NCBI GenBank assembly: GCA_965287045.1
Contig: OZ336885.1
Coordinates: 37,820,001-37,884,000 of the forward strand
DNA: 64,000 nucleotides
Source: Carcharhinus amblyrhynchos
Taxonomy: Eukaryota
Reading direction: 5' to 3'
Part shown: piece after piece, positions 1 through 11,955 of the stretch
How positions within the stretch are numbered: the first letter of the stretch is position 1
Layout of the letters: the number at the start of each line of letters is the position of its first letter
Program-made: the position numbers and the translations under genes
The notes under the pieces: model-generated
Databases searched by the model: none
What the model was told of the DNA's origin: nothing
Seen by the model: only the letters and a program-made list of their open reading frames with translations

Positions 1-799
1 ATGGGTTGAGCACCAGAGTCATGAGCCATATTGTCAGTAGATTGCAGCTTGCCCGTTTCAGGATCACATCTACACATTCTTCACCCATGCTGCAGATCCA
101 AGGGGAATAGAAGCTACAGCAACCAGTGACTAGGAGCAAGTGATTAAAGTAGAATCCCTGAAGGCCTTCACCATGCAACACTCCACACCCTGTAGACTTC
201 ACCAATTTTAAGAAGCAGTATAAAGTTCCAACTAGTGCTTGAAGAAATCCATCCGCAACTAACCTGAAAGTGTTGATCCCTTAAAATAGCACCAGCGAAG
301 TGGCGCTTGTACTGATGTTCAACTGTGCAAGGTTAAGAGAGGGCATTAGCTGAAGTAAGCGGGGCACAAATTCAGGCTAGAGTCAAATCAGTGTTACATG
401 CTGACCGAGGTCACAATCTGCATACTCTTGGCACATGTTCCTGTGTCTGCACCAACGATCTGCTCAACATGATGCATCAAAAGGTGCATGCACGTGGCGG
501 GGGACATCATTCTGGAACTGAAATGGCTCCTGTGGGCACTGAAAATTGGGGTCCTATGCCATTGAATTTTGTGGTCTTAAGTTTGCAGTCAAGGCAGGAT
601 TGGTCTGAAGGGCACCTGAAATCATTGTAATACCAACTGTGCATCTTTTAATCAGAAATTTATTTTAATGCCTCATATTCCTTTTAGTGCTTCTGGTGCA
701 CCAACTTGCAAGTTGCTGAAAAGAAAAAAAGGTTACCATTAATTCTAGGGTTTCACTTTTAAATGTATCAAACTTGGGGGGAGGGGGGGAGACCTAATT

Positions 800-1310
800 T
801 ACCCTCCTGTATGCGTGAATGAACCTGGGGGAGCCCCTGACTTTGTATATCACATACACTGGAAGCCCCGGAACCTGAGTATTGAGCCTCCCCTCCCTGC
901 CCGTCCCCTGACGGCCAGGCTCCCGGGTAATTCGTTACCCAGGTTGCGGGGCCCGCCCAGGGCCAGCCACGCATCGGCGCAGCTCTGGGCCCAGGTCCCC
1001 TCGGCCGCCCCGACCCCTGCATAAGTAGAATTGCGGCATACTCACACGGCACCGGGGCGAAGGCGTCGCTCTGTCCGCCCGCGTTCATGGCGCAGCCAGC
1101 GAGGGAGGGTGAAGGAACCAGAGCCCGGGGCGGGGGTCGACTTCCTCCCCTCACTCCCTCCCACAAATACAATATTATTGACAAACAAACAAAATGAAGG
1201 GGGGTTGTTAGTGTGCCCGGGCCAGCCGCTCAGCGCGGCGGAAGCGACTGTGCAACACTTCCGCCTGGGCTTGGAGAATCCCAGTGCAGGCGAAGGGCTG
1301 GAGACCTGGC
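800..1310. promoter_or_regulatory. CpG island/promoter of a minus-strand gene, with ETS(GABP)-type sites
   Basis: Sharp rise in GC and CpG against a CpG-poor background. CGGAAG at 1239-1244 and CACTTCCG at 1256-1263 lie just upstream of a minus-strand ATG. Confidence 0.75.
1046..1088 (-). CDS. ZFP64: First coding exon (MNAGGQSDAFAPVP + 1 nt, phase 1) of a gene that continues left out of the window; resembles the ZFP64 N-terminus
   Basis: Kozak gcgccATG at 1088, canonical donor GTGAGTA at 1045-1039, inside a CpG island. The peptide aligns with the remembered human ZFP64 start MNASSEGESFAGSVQ, which also has a short phase-1 exon 1 and lies in the same 20q13.2 block as CYP24A1. Only 14 residues are available. 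Confidence 0.5.
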
Positions 1311-1597
1311 ACATCCTTCACCTCTCCCCCCCCCCCCCAACCCCAAGAGAGGTTATGTGCACCTCATGCACTGCACCCCTTCAAATGTTTGTGCTATTGG
1401 GTTTTCTACGTTAAATCTATCCCCGAAGTTTTTTTTTAACTGTAAAAACACATTGATTTCATACATTTAATGGCATCACTATCTCCAGCTGCAATCTTTC
1501 TCAACTACTATCTGAAAGTTGTCCAACCAACAAGTGTAAATATTGGGGTGAAGGGGAGAGGAAGTGACCTCTCAAACTTTCTAGTAGTCTTGACTTT

Positions 1598-1980
1598 AGC
1601 ACAGTGGCACAACGAGTTGGCAGAGCTACCTCACAGTGCCAGGGTCCCGGGTTCCATTACAGAGTGTAGCATTTGCACATTCTCCCCGTGTCTGTTTGTG
1701 TTTCCCACCTGATGCTCTGGTTTCTTCCCACAATCCAAAGATGAGCAGATTAGATGGATTGACCATGGTAAATTAGCCCTTAAGTGTTCAAAGATGTGCA
1801 AGTTGGGTGGACTGACCATGCTAAACTGCCCCTTACTGTCACAAAGGTGTGCAGGTTAGGTGGGTTAACCATGGTTAATGTGCGGCATTACGGGGATAGT
1901 GTGGAGGGGAGGGCCTAATACTCTTGGGAGTCAATGGGCCAAATGACCTCTTTCTCCACTGTTCGAATTCTGTGGTTCTA
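1598..1980 (+). mobile_element. HE1-type V-SINE
   Basis: tRNA-like head, V-domain (tttgcacattctccccgtgtctg...tttcttcccacaatccaaagatg), internal tandem units, CR1-like tail. Confidence 0.8.
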
Positions 1981-2207
1981 GACTGCACTGAAAATTGAGG
2001 ATACCCATCGTCAAATTTAAGTTCCAGACCTTGACCAGGATTGCATGAAAATGTTGTTATTGAAATTTTTTTTTAATCTCATTTGTTTAGGCTGGTGGTT
2101 CTTCTTTTGAACCTTGAACGATAATCAAACTCCTTTTAATCTAAGTAAACTACAATTACAAAAAAAGTGGAAAAATGTTTCACTGCATTTCACTAGGGAG
2201 GAATAGG

Positions 2208-2465
2208 TTAGAATCCATAAAACCCTAAAGTGCAGAAGGAGGTCTTTGGCACGTCAAGTCTGCATCGACTCTCCAAAAGAACATTCTACCCATGCGCCCC
2301 ACCTTCCCCCCATCCCTACAACACCATGCATTCATCATGGCTAATCCATTTAACCTGCACATCTTTGGACTGTGGGAGAAAACAGGAGCACCCGGAGGAA
2401 ACACACGTGGAGAATGTGCAAACTCCATACAGACAGTCTCCAGAGGTCAGAATCAAACCTGGTGC
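2208..2465 (-). mobile_element. HE1-type V-SINE
   Basis: Reverse-complement V-domain (aacctgcacatctttggactgtgggagaaaacaggagcacccggaggaaa). Confidence 0.8.
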
Positions 2466-4389
2466 CGTACAGAAAACAAGATTAAGGATTTATGGGTGAA
2501 TATGTAAGTATTGAAGTAGTTGTTAAAGGTAAAAGGAGAAGTAGTGATTAAGACTCTGGATTTGGTAGCAGGGAAACTTAGGGAGTGGGGGTAGGAAGGC
2601 CATGGATGCACTTAGGAATGAGAATGTTGACTTAGGTTTGGTACTTCAAGGTTCAGGTAGCAATGGAGGTCAGCAATCACTTTTAGACTAATCACTTGGG
2701 CAAAGGCTGAGTTTGCTTCTGGACCTTAGCTGATCAAGTCACCTTTAGAATACACAGACAAGGTCTTCTTTTAGATCCCTCTGCCAGTTGGAGAAGAAAG
2801 ATCACATGACAAGCCAACTCTGATTTTAAGCAGATCTTTACTCAGCAGAACTGGGGACAAACAGCTTAGGGAAAGATCTAAATGACATAAAACATTAGAC
2901 AGGGGTCGTGGGTGGAGAGGGGGACTGGTGGTGTTGAGATGGCAGCACGGGCTCGTTGGGCCGAAGGGCCTGTTTCCCGGGCTGATTTTGTTCTTTGACA
3001 TCCCTTTATTCCATCTGGTAATCTTCGTGTCATGTTTAGCAACTGTGATTATCCAGGAATACCCTATTGCAGGTAGAGATTTCTTAAAAGAGTCCAGTCC
3101 AGCTCTACCATCTCCCAAAGAACAATCAACTCAGTCATCAACATCCTTAAATTAGAAGCATCAAGAACATTGAATTCTGTCTGAAACCAGCCAAGTCACT
3201 AAATTACAGACTCTATACTCCATTACTTCTTTTACAGAATCCATTGTGGCCAACCTATTCTTCCCCACTCTGTAATCTATATTTATATGTATTAATTTTA
3301 ATTCTGCGTATGTGTAAAACACTATTTTATTATTTTACTTAGATTAGTTTAAGTGTAACCTTTGTTTTGGTAAATTCATAAAACCTGACCTATTGTCCTT
3401 TTATGATCATGACACATACCCATAAAATTAGCAAGTATACCTTATTAAAATTAAAAAACCTATTGAGGTCAAATGAGGAAAGGGCAAAGAGGGGAGCCAT
3501 TCAATGTATCCTCACTGGTCATGACAACCTTCAACACATTGTTTGCAGCAATTCAAGCAAGCAGATAGCCAACAATTGCTCAAGGGCAATTAGGAATGGG
3601 TAATAAACGTTGGCTTTGCTGGCCATACCACATCCCATGAATGAATGAAGAAAAAAAGCTGGGTATTAACAATGTATTCAATAAACTTGGAGGGTGCCAG
3701 GCTGACAGTGCCAAGGTGCCTGGTGGGCACTGCCAGGATACCAGGTTGGCACTGCCTGCCCATGCCCCTGATCACATGGGTGGGTTTAATGGGCTCCCAT
3801 ACCACTGGTGAGGCATCACATCTGGTCCCCGTTGCTGAGGACTATGCGCGATCTTCGCCTGTGAGGACTTCCACTGGCAATGTTGCTAAGAGCCTGGACA
3901 ATTGCATCCCAGGCTCACTAATAATATTGGAATGAGATAATAAATAGTTAAATCAGGCTCGCTCCCTTCTCGGGTGCACGACTAATTACACCTGCAGAAC
4001 AGGACCAGTAATATCACAAGAGGCAAAAAACAGGGCACAAACCTAATTTTTCACCTTCTGAGTGATTTTACCTGCTCACCACACTGATCAACTGGCGTGA
4101 CATGCCAGTAAGATCACATCTGTGGTCTCATTCTAGTCTAATACTGCAATATTCTCCAGTCCTGTGTCGTAGCATACTTCTTCCACTCATTCAAATGTAG
4201 CTCATATTCAAATGAGGGTCATCATCACTCTCACATTTCCTTCTTAAGCCTTTGCAACCTCTATCTTTCAAATTCCTCCACAATTTTTTGTTACATATTT
4301 ACATCTTTTCAAGAAGTTTCCCTACCTTTTAAAACACTTGCTGTTTGGTTTCCACTCCCTCTCCTGTGAAGTGCCTTGGAATATGCATG

Positions 4390-4900
4390 TCCTGTAATAC
4401 GTGCAAAGTCCCAGACTCTACCGGTGTCCTAAATATGTGCAGGAAATGATGCCAGCTGCAGAAACTTGAGCTTTTTTTTAAAGAGTGGTGACTGGAGTCA
4501 CTGATACATTTGGGAGGCTGAAAGCTACATGAATGGCTTTCAAAAGCGTGTTACGCAAAATTCAGGGTAAGCAAATTCCTTTTAGAGTGAAGGGCAAGGC
4601 TTGTAGAAGTAGGGAATCTGGATGATTCAGGATATTGGTCAAGAAGAAAGAGGAGGCATATGACATGCATGGGCAGCTGGGATCAAGTGGATCCCTTGAA
4701 GAATATAGAGGGTGTCAGTAGAGTTAAGGCATTCAACAGGGCATTAGACATGATTACTTGAATAGAAGCAATGCATAGAGTACAGGGAAAAGGGATGGGG
4801 ATGGCACTAAATCATGGTATTCATTTGGAGAGCCAGTGCAGACAAAGTAGGCCAAATGGCCTCCTTCTGCACTGTAACAATTCTGTGATCCTGTGATATC
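4390..4900 (+). mobile_element. Decayed CR1-type LINE fragments
   Basis: CR1-like 3' tail (gggatggggatggcactaa...ggccaaatggcctccttctgcactgtaacaattctgtgat) plus ORF1/ORF2-like remnants. Confidence 0.55.
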
Positions 4901-5997
4901 CCATTATGAAAATGCATTGTATAAGTGTAACTTGCTGTAGGGGAAGTTTTGTGGGTAATTATAAGTTTGTTATATGCGTCTTGTAGTTTCCTGGTAATCT
5001 TTGCTTTCATGGAATTATTTTCATAAACTGAATGAGGCCAATGAGTCATTTTTCTTAATGCTTGTAAGTTACGCATTGCCAAACCTTAACCATTTACTGC
5101 CTTTACAGCCAATGCAGCATAGCTGCAGTGTGTAACATATACAAGGCAGATTGTAGTATTGAAACCTCATGAGACTTCTTTAAAAACATATACCAAGCCC
5201 ACATGAGAACATCAAAACCTGCAAGTTTCCATCCAAATCACACACCAGCCTTTATTGTTTTACAAACAGATTTCTGGAACTCCCTCACTAACAGTACTGG
5301 CCTGCAGTGATACAAAAAGATGGCTCCCCACCACCTGCTCTTGGGAAATGAGGGGCATTTAATAAATACAAACATTTCTAGTGATCTCTACATCTAATGA
5401 ATGAATGAAGAAAAATAGCTGGGTTGTGACAGAGTATTTAAGAAACCTGGAGAGGAAAGAAATATTTGATAGGATGATAATAGCATGGAATGATCAAGGG
5501 TGGTCTCACATCATCTACAATTTCATGTTTAAACAGTATGACATTGAGTATCTCAAGTGTACATCCTATCCACCACAAATATCTGCACCACACCATCATT
5601 CCCACTAGCCTCCACTGAATTTATGTGCTGTATTATGTCAGCTTTAAGATTATTCTTCTGGTTCTTAAAATCCTTTGTGGTCTCATTCTAGTCTAATACT
5701 GAAATATTCTCCAGCCCTCCATCTTTGCGTACTTCCTCTATTCTTTCAAACAGGCTCACATCTTTTCTCTTCCTTCATTTCGCCATCAGTGAAGAATACC
5801 AGTACTCCCACATTGTCCTGATCCTCTGCAATCTCTTTTCTAATTTGCTTGGGATCCATTTGCTTGGTATCCACACCCTTTCCCATGAAGTGTCTTTGAA
5901 TATTCTGTTGTGAAAATATTTAAATATAGGTTGCTCTAAGGAAAGTTTTGTGGCTAATTATGTGCTTGTTATATGTGTCTTGTAGTTTCCTGATAAC

Positions 5998-7100
5998 TCT
6001 TATGAAATTGTGGGCACTCCCTTCTGGGATTACTTACATAAACTGAAAAACACCATTGAATCATCTTTCTTATTGGATATATCTTATGCATTGTGCCATA
6101 ATAATGAAGGAAAAACTTTGAATTCAGTCTGGAAATATTGAACTATAAATAAAATCTGTGAGATTTTTATAATGGACATACAAACTGAAGATAGCTGAGG
6201 ATGTAAAGTCAGCTACTAGCTGATTTGTTGGTGGGTGATACTCTGAGAGACAACGTACTTCTAAAGCATCCAGAAATTAATTGCCATCTCTGGTGGAAAC
6301 AAAGGGGGATAATGGGAAATGAATATCACCTCAACAAGACATACCTTGTGTGTAACGTCGCAGGTGGATTGTGGATTTTGTAAAGGCAGGGATAAAGGCC
6401 AGCTGAAAGGCTGTCCTAAGTTTGTGTGTGTGTGTGTGTGTGTGTCAGTGCTGAGGGGTGTCAGAATGTTGAAAAAGAAAGCCAGCAGCTGCAGCACTCC
6501 TGCAAAAGCCATTTGCAGGTATATTTCTATCTCTCTCTAATCGTTGAAGTAAGCTCAATCAGCAAAGATCACAGCTGAAAAGAAAACGGAAGATTCTCCA
6601 TCAGACTGTAGAACACTGGAATCTCAAAACTGACTATTCACCTGCTGTAGTCAGTGTGCCTGAATCTTGAATCGCAACACTGCAATGTGCAATCATCTAC
6701 TCCTCACAAGTCAAGGACTATTTCACAAAGCTTTTCTTTACTTACATAACTTTGAGCTCAATTCACACTTCTAACCTGTGTAAATGTATATGCATGTGTT
6801 TTATCATTTTCTTGTTTTTGATGGTTAATGAAGTCACTATCTTTAACTCAAGAAAGCTTCATTAAATTTCTTCCCTTTACAACATAAATATTGGGACTAG
6901 GAACAGAGATCAGCAAAGGGTGGAACCCTCTTTTCAGCGACAGGCAGAGGGAGTTGAATAAAGAAAGGGAACCAGTTCATCCCTCTTCACCTTGGAGCAT
7001 AACAATCTGGAGATATCCCACCTGGACAGGAACAAATTAAGAGACCTCAACCAGGTTACAAATTTGGGGAAACTCACCCAGGGACCACTCGTAACAGTTG
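5998..7100 (+). mobile_element. Probable decayed LTR containing a (TG)n tract
   Basis: Ends in ...gagcataaca followed by PBS-like tggag/tgggg segments. A segment of similar composition ends at ~3527 (...ggtcatgaca). Confidence 0.35.
6423..6445. repeat. (TG)n microsatellite, ~11 units
   Basis: Read directly from the sequence. Confidence 0.95.
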
Positions 7101-7137
7101 TCAAATTCCAAGGGCTGAATTGTCATTCCAAGTTCAA

Positions 7138-7445
7138 CTAAAGTTAAAGTTTGTTTATTAGTAACAAGTAGGGTTACATTAACACCGCAATGAAGTTACT
7201 GTGAAAATCCCCCAGTCGCCACACTCCAGCACCTGTTCCAGTACACTGAGGGAGAATTTAGCATAGCCAATGCACCCTAACCAGCATGTCTTTCAGACTG
7301 TGGAAGGAAACCAGAGCACCCAGAGGAAACCCATGCAGACACGAGGAGAACATGCGTACTCCACACAGATAGTGACCCAAGCCAGGAATTGAACCCAGGT
7401 CCCTGGTACTGTAAGACAGCAGTGCTAACCACAGTGCCACGCCAC
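7138..7445 (-). mobile_element. V-SINE (HE1-related head with a different tail)
   Basis: Reverse-complement V-domain and tRNA head (gcagtgctaaccacagtgccac). The same subfamily occurs at 37418-37688. Confidence 0.75.
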
Positions 7446-8254
7446 CAAGAACTCAAAACCAGGAACATTTCCTGGTTACAACCCCGCATTGCCTCAGCAT
7501 CAGCATCACAAATTTTGAGTGCTGTAATGACTTCAATCACGCCATTGAGGTTGGCCTATTGGAATATGAACTCCCTCATTAAAGATCCAATTGATGGGCC
7601 AATCAGGGAGTCTTTACCAATCAGTTCCTCTGACACCCCCGGAGAAAGACTGCTAACTACTAGTTACAGTTACTACTGTTAACAGTTGTAAATAAAGGCA
7701 TTTTAGTGAAGGGACTTCTGCTCCTGAAGACTTATTACAAGTTCCATGCATTAACTAGCTCTGGGCCAATTTGATGCCCAATTAGGGGTGCTGGCCAGGA
7801 GATGGGAGCCATAAATGAATGGATGGTTTGGAAATGAGTGGGCAGAGGACCTGCAGTGAGTGATTCAAGTGGCAGTCCTTGGGCAGACCCACATTTTTCT
7901 GATCCCTCCCTTGAGGTCTTCAATGAGGCTGTGGCAGAGAGGAGAGCTGTACTCTTACCTCTATCTGGAAGAAGAGCTCCGGCGAGCCAAACCAAGCAGG
8001 CATAGCTAGTAGAGATAAGCTTGGATGGCAGCAGTCTCGCATTCTTTTCAAGAGTCCAAACATTCTCTCTTCACAAAGTCAAGCCTTTCAGCTCAAATGA
8101 TGATAACTTAGTAAGACTGCATGAGCACCTGAATTTTACTTTCCCCTTGTATACAACTTTTCACTACAGTCTCGGCACTGCTGGCTTCCTGCTTTGTTCC
8201 TGACAGCTAAGCCCAAGGTACCTCAGAGTCAGATCCTCCATGTTGCCCTTACTA

Positions 8255-8495
8255 GACACCTGGAGTCACATGTAGGCCAGACCAGTTAAGGGACAGATTT
8301 CCTCCCGTAAAGGGAGTAGTGAACCAAACAGGCTTTTATGACAATTGATGATAATTTCATGGTAACTAATTACTGAGATTAGCTTTACATTCCAGATTTC
8401 TTATTTGAGTTCAAATTCCAGTAGTTGCCATCCTAGGATTTGACCCTCAGTCTGACCAGCCCTATGACCTTTACCACTATACCACCATCTCCCCA
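8255..8495 (-). mobile_element. tRNA-derived SINE fragment (family also at 23270 and 53320)
   Basis: Shared ctggagtcacatgtaggccagacc...gaaccaaa motifs. Confidence 0.6.
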
Positions 8496-9439
8496 TGCTC
8501 ACAACACACTCAATGAACAATTACTCCGACTCTACCTTTGAAATCTAGCTGTAATAGTGAGGTGTCAGTAAACAAGTCATGCCACCCCAAGTGCTCAATT
8601 TTCCAATCCTGACTGCATACAAATGCACCCGATGGGCAATTGAAAATTCAACCTAATTGTTTATCATACTTCTGACACAGCACTAAAAAGGGAAATAAAG
8701 TAGAAATCAAATCCACCAGGTTGAACCTTCAATGCACCAGAAATACTTTTTTATGTATCAGAAATTTATAATTCACCGGCAGTTAGTGGGTCAAATCTAA
8801 AGATCCCAATTCTGTTGATTGAATTTGATGAGTAAATAAAGTAAGTCTAGGCTGCGCAGGGCAATCTGGTTCATTACGAATTTGGTAATGACGCTGGCAT
8901 GAATTTCACAAACCTCTCTTGGCAAAGAGATTTTCTGATAGTAGAATTTACTGGAAAGAACTCAGTGACTCTATTTTGACCTGACTGAACGTCTCCTAAA
9001 CCTGTTAATCCACTTTGTCTTGCCAGAGGGAAAGGGTCAAAGCACACAACTGTCATGGATTTTTGTTGTCATTTAGTAACTAGCATATACTCCCCATTAA
9101 TGACCTTACAAATCAACACCTTCTCAAGACATTTTCATGTTTAAGTGGAAATAAAATGTAATGAGGGTTAAATTGAATAACATCCAAAAATGATTGTGAG
9201 AATTACAAAAGGGAATTAATCCCAGTTTATTCATTGTACACCATGTTAAATTTATATCACCTGCTGTTTTAAATGTGCAGTCAATGCTCTACATACTGTT
9301 CACTGCTTGCATGTATCAGCAGATGATTTTATGAGTTATGATCAGCCTGCATCTCTTAAATGGCAGGCTCAGTGTAGCTGCAAGAAGGGCTGCGGGACTT
9401 CCAATAAGTGAACCAATACTATGAAGAACGACTGAAAAT

Positions 9440-11200
9440 GCAAAATACTGTGCACTCACAGTTTCTGACGATACACTAGAGGTTGTGGTGAAAGACATAG
9501 AAAGGAGAGAAATGCTGTTTCTGCAGTTGAGTAGGAGCTCCAGAAATAAGGCCAGAAGACAATGGGAAGAAGTAATGGTGGAGTTCAATGCCCAGAGTGT
9601 AGCTTCAAGAACATGGAAACAGTACAGGAAGAAGCTTAACAAACTGGCATTAACTGCCAAGATAATAGAGTTCATTCATCAATTGACATAAGCTACCAAT
9701 GGAGTTACTACATCAATCCAATTGACCATACTCCCATCGATCATCTACTGGCAATCCCTAACAATCAAAATTCAACCCTTCGACTCCAAACCATGCAATA
9801 CCTCATCTGGCACAATTAGTGCTATTACTTGCTTCACACTCACAAGACACAGCCTGCATACACTGACTGTTATTCAACAATGACAGCTATATTATCCAGC
9901 CATATTTCAGGACATTCACTGACATAGATCTTTTTTCAGGAGACAGTGGTGTATAACAGGAATCAGCAGGAAAGAGGACATGTTTCAACCCTCAGAGAGA
10001 GACAGTGCTGGTCATCATGGGAAGAGGCATTAGTAAGTCTGTGGCCACTGATGGAGCTGAAGGAATCAACAATGGAGTGAACCACATGCTAAATCATCCT
10101 CATTTCTTCCACTTCTCCCTGATCCCTCAGTATTTTCACTTCACAAGCTACAGATTGTGTAAACATGCATTCTTACTTTCTACTCACTCCTCACAACCAC
10201 CCAAACTTTGTCCCTTTTCAGATATCCAAAAACTGGAACCTTTACCAGAGAGGAAAGAGGGAGGAGATGATGAAGATGAAGGGACAATATCACTTGATCT
10301 TCCCCTCACAGCCACCAGTTCAGAGATCAACATTGCATGTATTTTAGAGGCCTAGATGGAGGAGGAATCTGTACGTGGTGAGACACCAGTAGCAGTGTAT
10401 TTGTGCCAGATCTGGGGGAAAGGATAGCACAGGAGCTAACTCATCAGAGGGCAAGGTCATACACTTGTTCTGCTCTGCAGTGACAGCTTTGATTAGTCAG
10501 ATTATAAAAAATAACTGATGGGTGTATGTAAACAAGTGCTTGGTAGACTGGAAAGCCTGCCAGAAAGACTTGGTACAATGTCAAGGAGCATGGAGAGATC
10601 CAGCACCAACTTAATACCTACTTTGGTGCCCATTCTTTCCAAATGGAATTGGAGATCATTTCCATCAGCACATCAGTGAATCCATTGTGGTGTAACGTCT
10701 GACGGCTAGTGTCACAGATTCCATTGCATACATAAAATTCCCATCGAAAGTCTGAGTGTTGCAGCAGAAATTCAGACCTTTGCAATTGGTGCTCAGAATA
10801 CCATTGTTCAAAAGGACAGCATCCAGGATGATACAGTAGTCCATCAACCTCTTCTCCAATTGGTCAGTAGGATTGCTTAGCCACCAAGTCAGGAGATTGA
10901 CTGTGACTCCATGGAACACTGCTTTCCTCTTTCAAAATGACAGCATTTCCACTTCCATCCTACCAGCTCCGACAATGGCCTTGCCAATGCCTGTCAGTTA
11001 GCCAGCCAAGACTGCTGCAGCCCAGGACAAGATCATGTCATCAGAATCCAGACTTCTAGGCACAAATCTGCTCAATGTCATTCTTCAACAGCCTTCCATC
11101 AGCCATCGTGCAATCACTGAATAAGTGCCTCATAAGGTGAGCTAAGAAAGGCAAAAACCATAGAAGAGGGAATGTGCCAGGGTGACAAGTTTAATTTTTA
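9440..11200 (+). mobile_element. PIF/Harbinger transposon relic: Myb/SANT-like DNA-binding gene
   Basis: Frame reads SDDTLEVVVKDIERREMLF...RRQWEEVMVEFNAQSVASRTWKQYRKKLNKL, with the W...RTW.Q..KK Myb/trihelix signature. Downstream exon-like pieces have acceptors (ttttcag at ~9939 and ~10219), and there are stops. Confidence 0.7.
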
Positions 11201-11739
11201 TACATTATGTAATGATTGAATCTTCAAAATTGGATCGCAAAGTATGTTTTCTGATTGTGTTTATTTTTGTGTTGTTGTGGGACTGTTAATAAATGGGGAG
11301 ATGTGACTGAGTTACCAGCATTGTTCATGAGTGACATGATCATGTAGAACATGGATAGAAAGGAACTGTCTTTGTTATACTTCTCCTCTTCCCGTTCCTC
11401 CACTTTCTATTGTACTTTCTGTTCCTCCCCTTCTTGATCCTTCTGTTCTCCTTGTGCTCCTGATTGTCACCCAAATAATACTTAAAAATGAGTACTTCAT
11501 ATCCAAATTTAGCTCACAATGTTGTCATACTTCCTCATTAGTTTTATACTCTAAAAGAGTTCTCAAGATGATATAGGCCATATATATTATCCACTGTGAC
11601 ACAGAACTATTTGTTCTAAGTCCCAGATTTGTTCCAGTCTGTGCTTAGTTAACTGAGTAGTAGGAAGGCTATAATTGGCCTCAATACACTAAAGAGGGGG
11701 AATGAAATCAGCAAAGTCTCCTAATTCTTGTGAGGAAAT

Positions 11740-11955
11740 GTTATTGAGAGACAAATATTGGCCACGACACCAGGGTAACTCCAATGTTTCTTCAAAGTAG
11801 TGCTGGGGAATCTTGTATGATAAAAGGCAGAGGGGGATCTGAAAGATGGCACCCCCAACAGTGCAGCACCTCTTCAGCAGTGCTCTGGAATGTCAGCCTT
11901 GGTTTTTGTCCTCAAATCCGAGAGTGAGACTTGAATGTGCAACCTTCTGAGGGAA
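11740..11955 (-). mobile_element. Deu-domain SINE (SacSINE1/AmnSINE1-like)
   Basis: aaatattggccacgacaccaggg...ctgaaagatggcacccccaacagtgcagcac...gaatgtcagcct matches the remembered reverse-complement Deu consensus. Confidence 0.65.

Noticed and set aside
1080-1100. PFDN4 exon 1 (MAATMKKA), the mammalian upstream neighbour
   Set aside because: ctggctgcgccatgaac resembles it only superficially. There is no in-frame MAATM, and the donor is 43 nt after the ATG in phase 1.
768-1414. Long overlapping ORFs (138 aa, 127 aa) in the CpG island
   Set aside because: These are stop-poor GC-rich frames with no recognisable domain. Only the 43-nt exon has splice and Kozak support.
1598-1680. tRNA genes at SINE heads
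   Set aside because: The A/B-box-like heads run directly into V-SINE bodies and lack a full cloverleaf.
8722-8738. DR5-like element GGTGCA ttgaa GGTTCA
   Set aside because: Imperfect and isolated; expected by chance.
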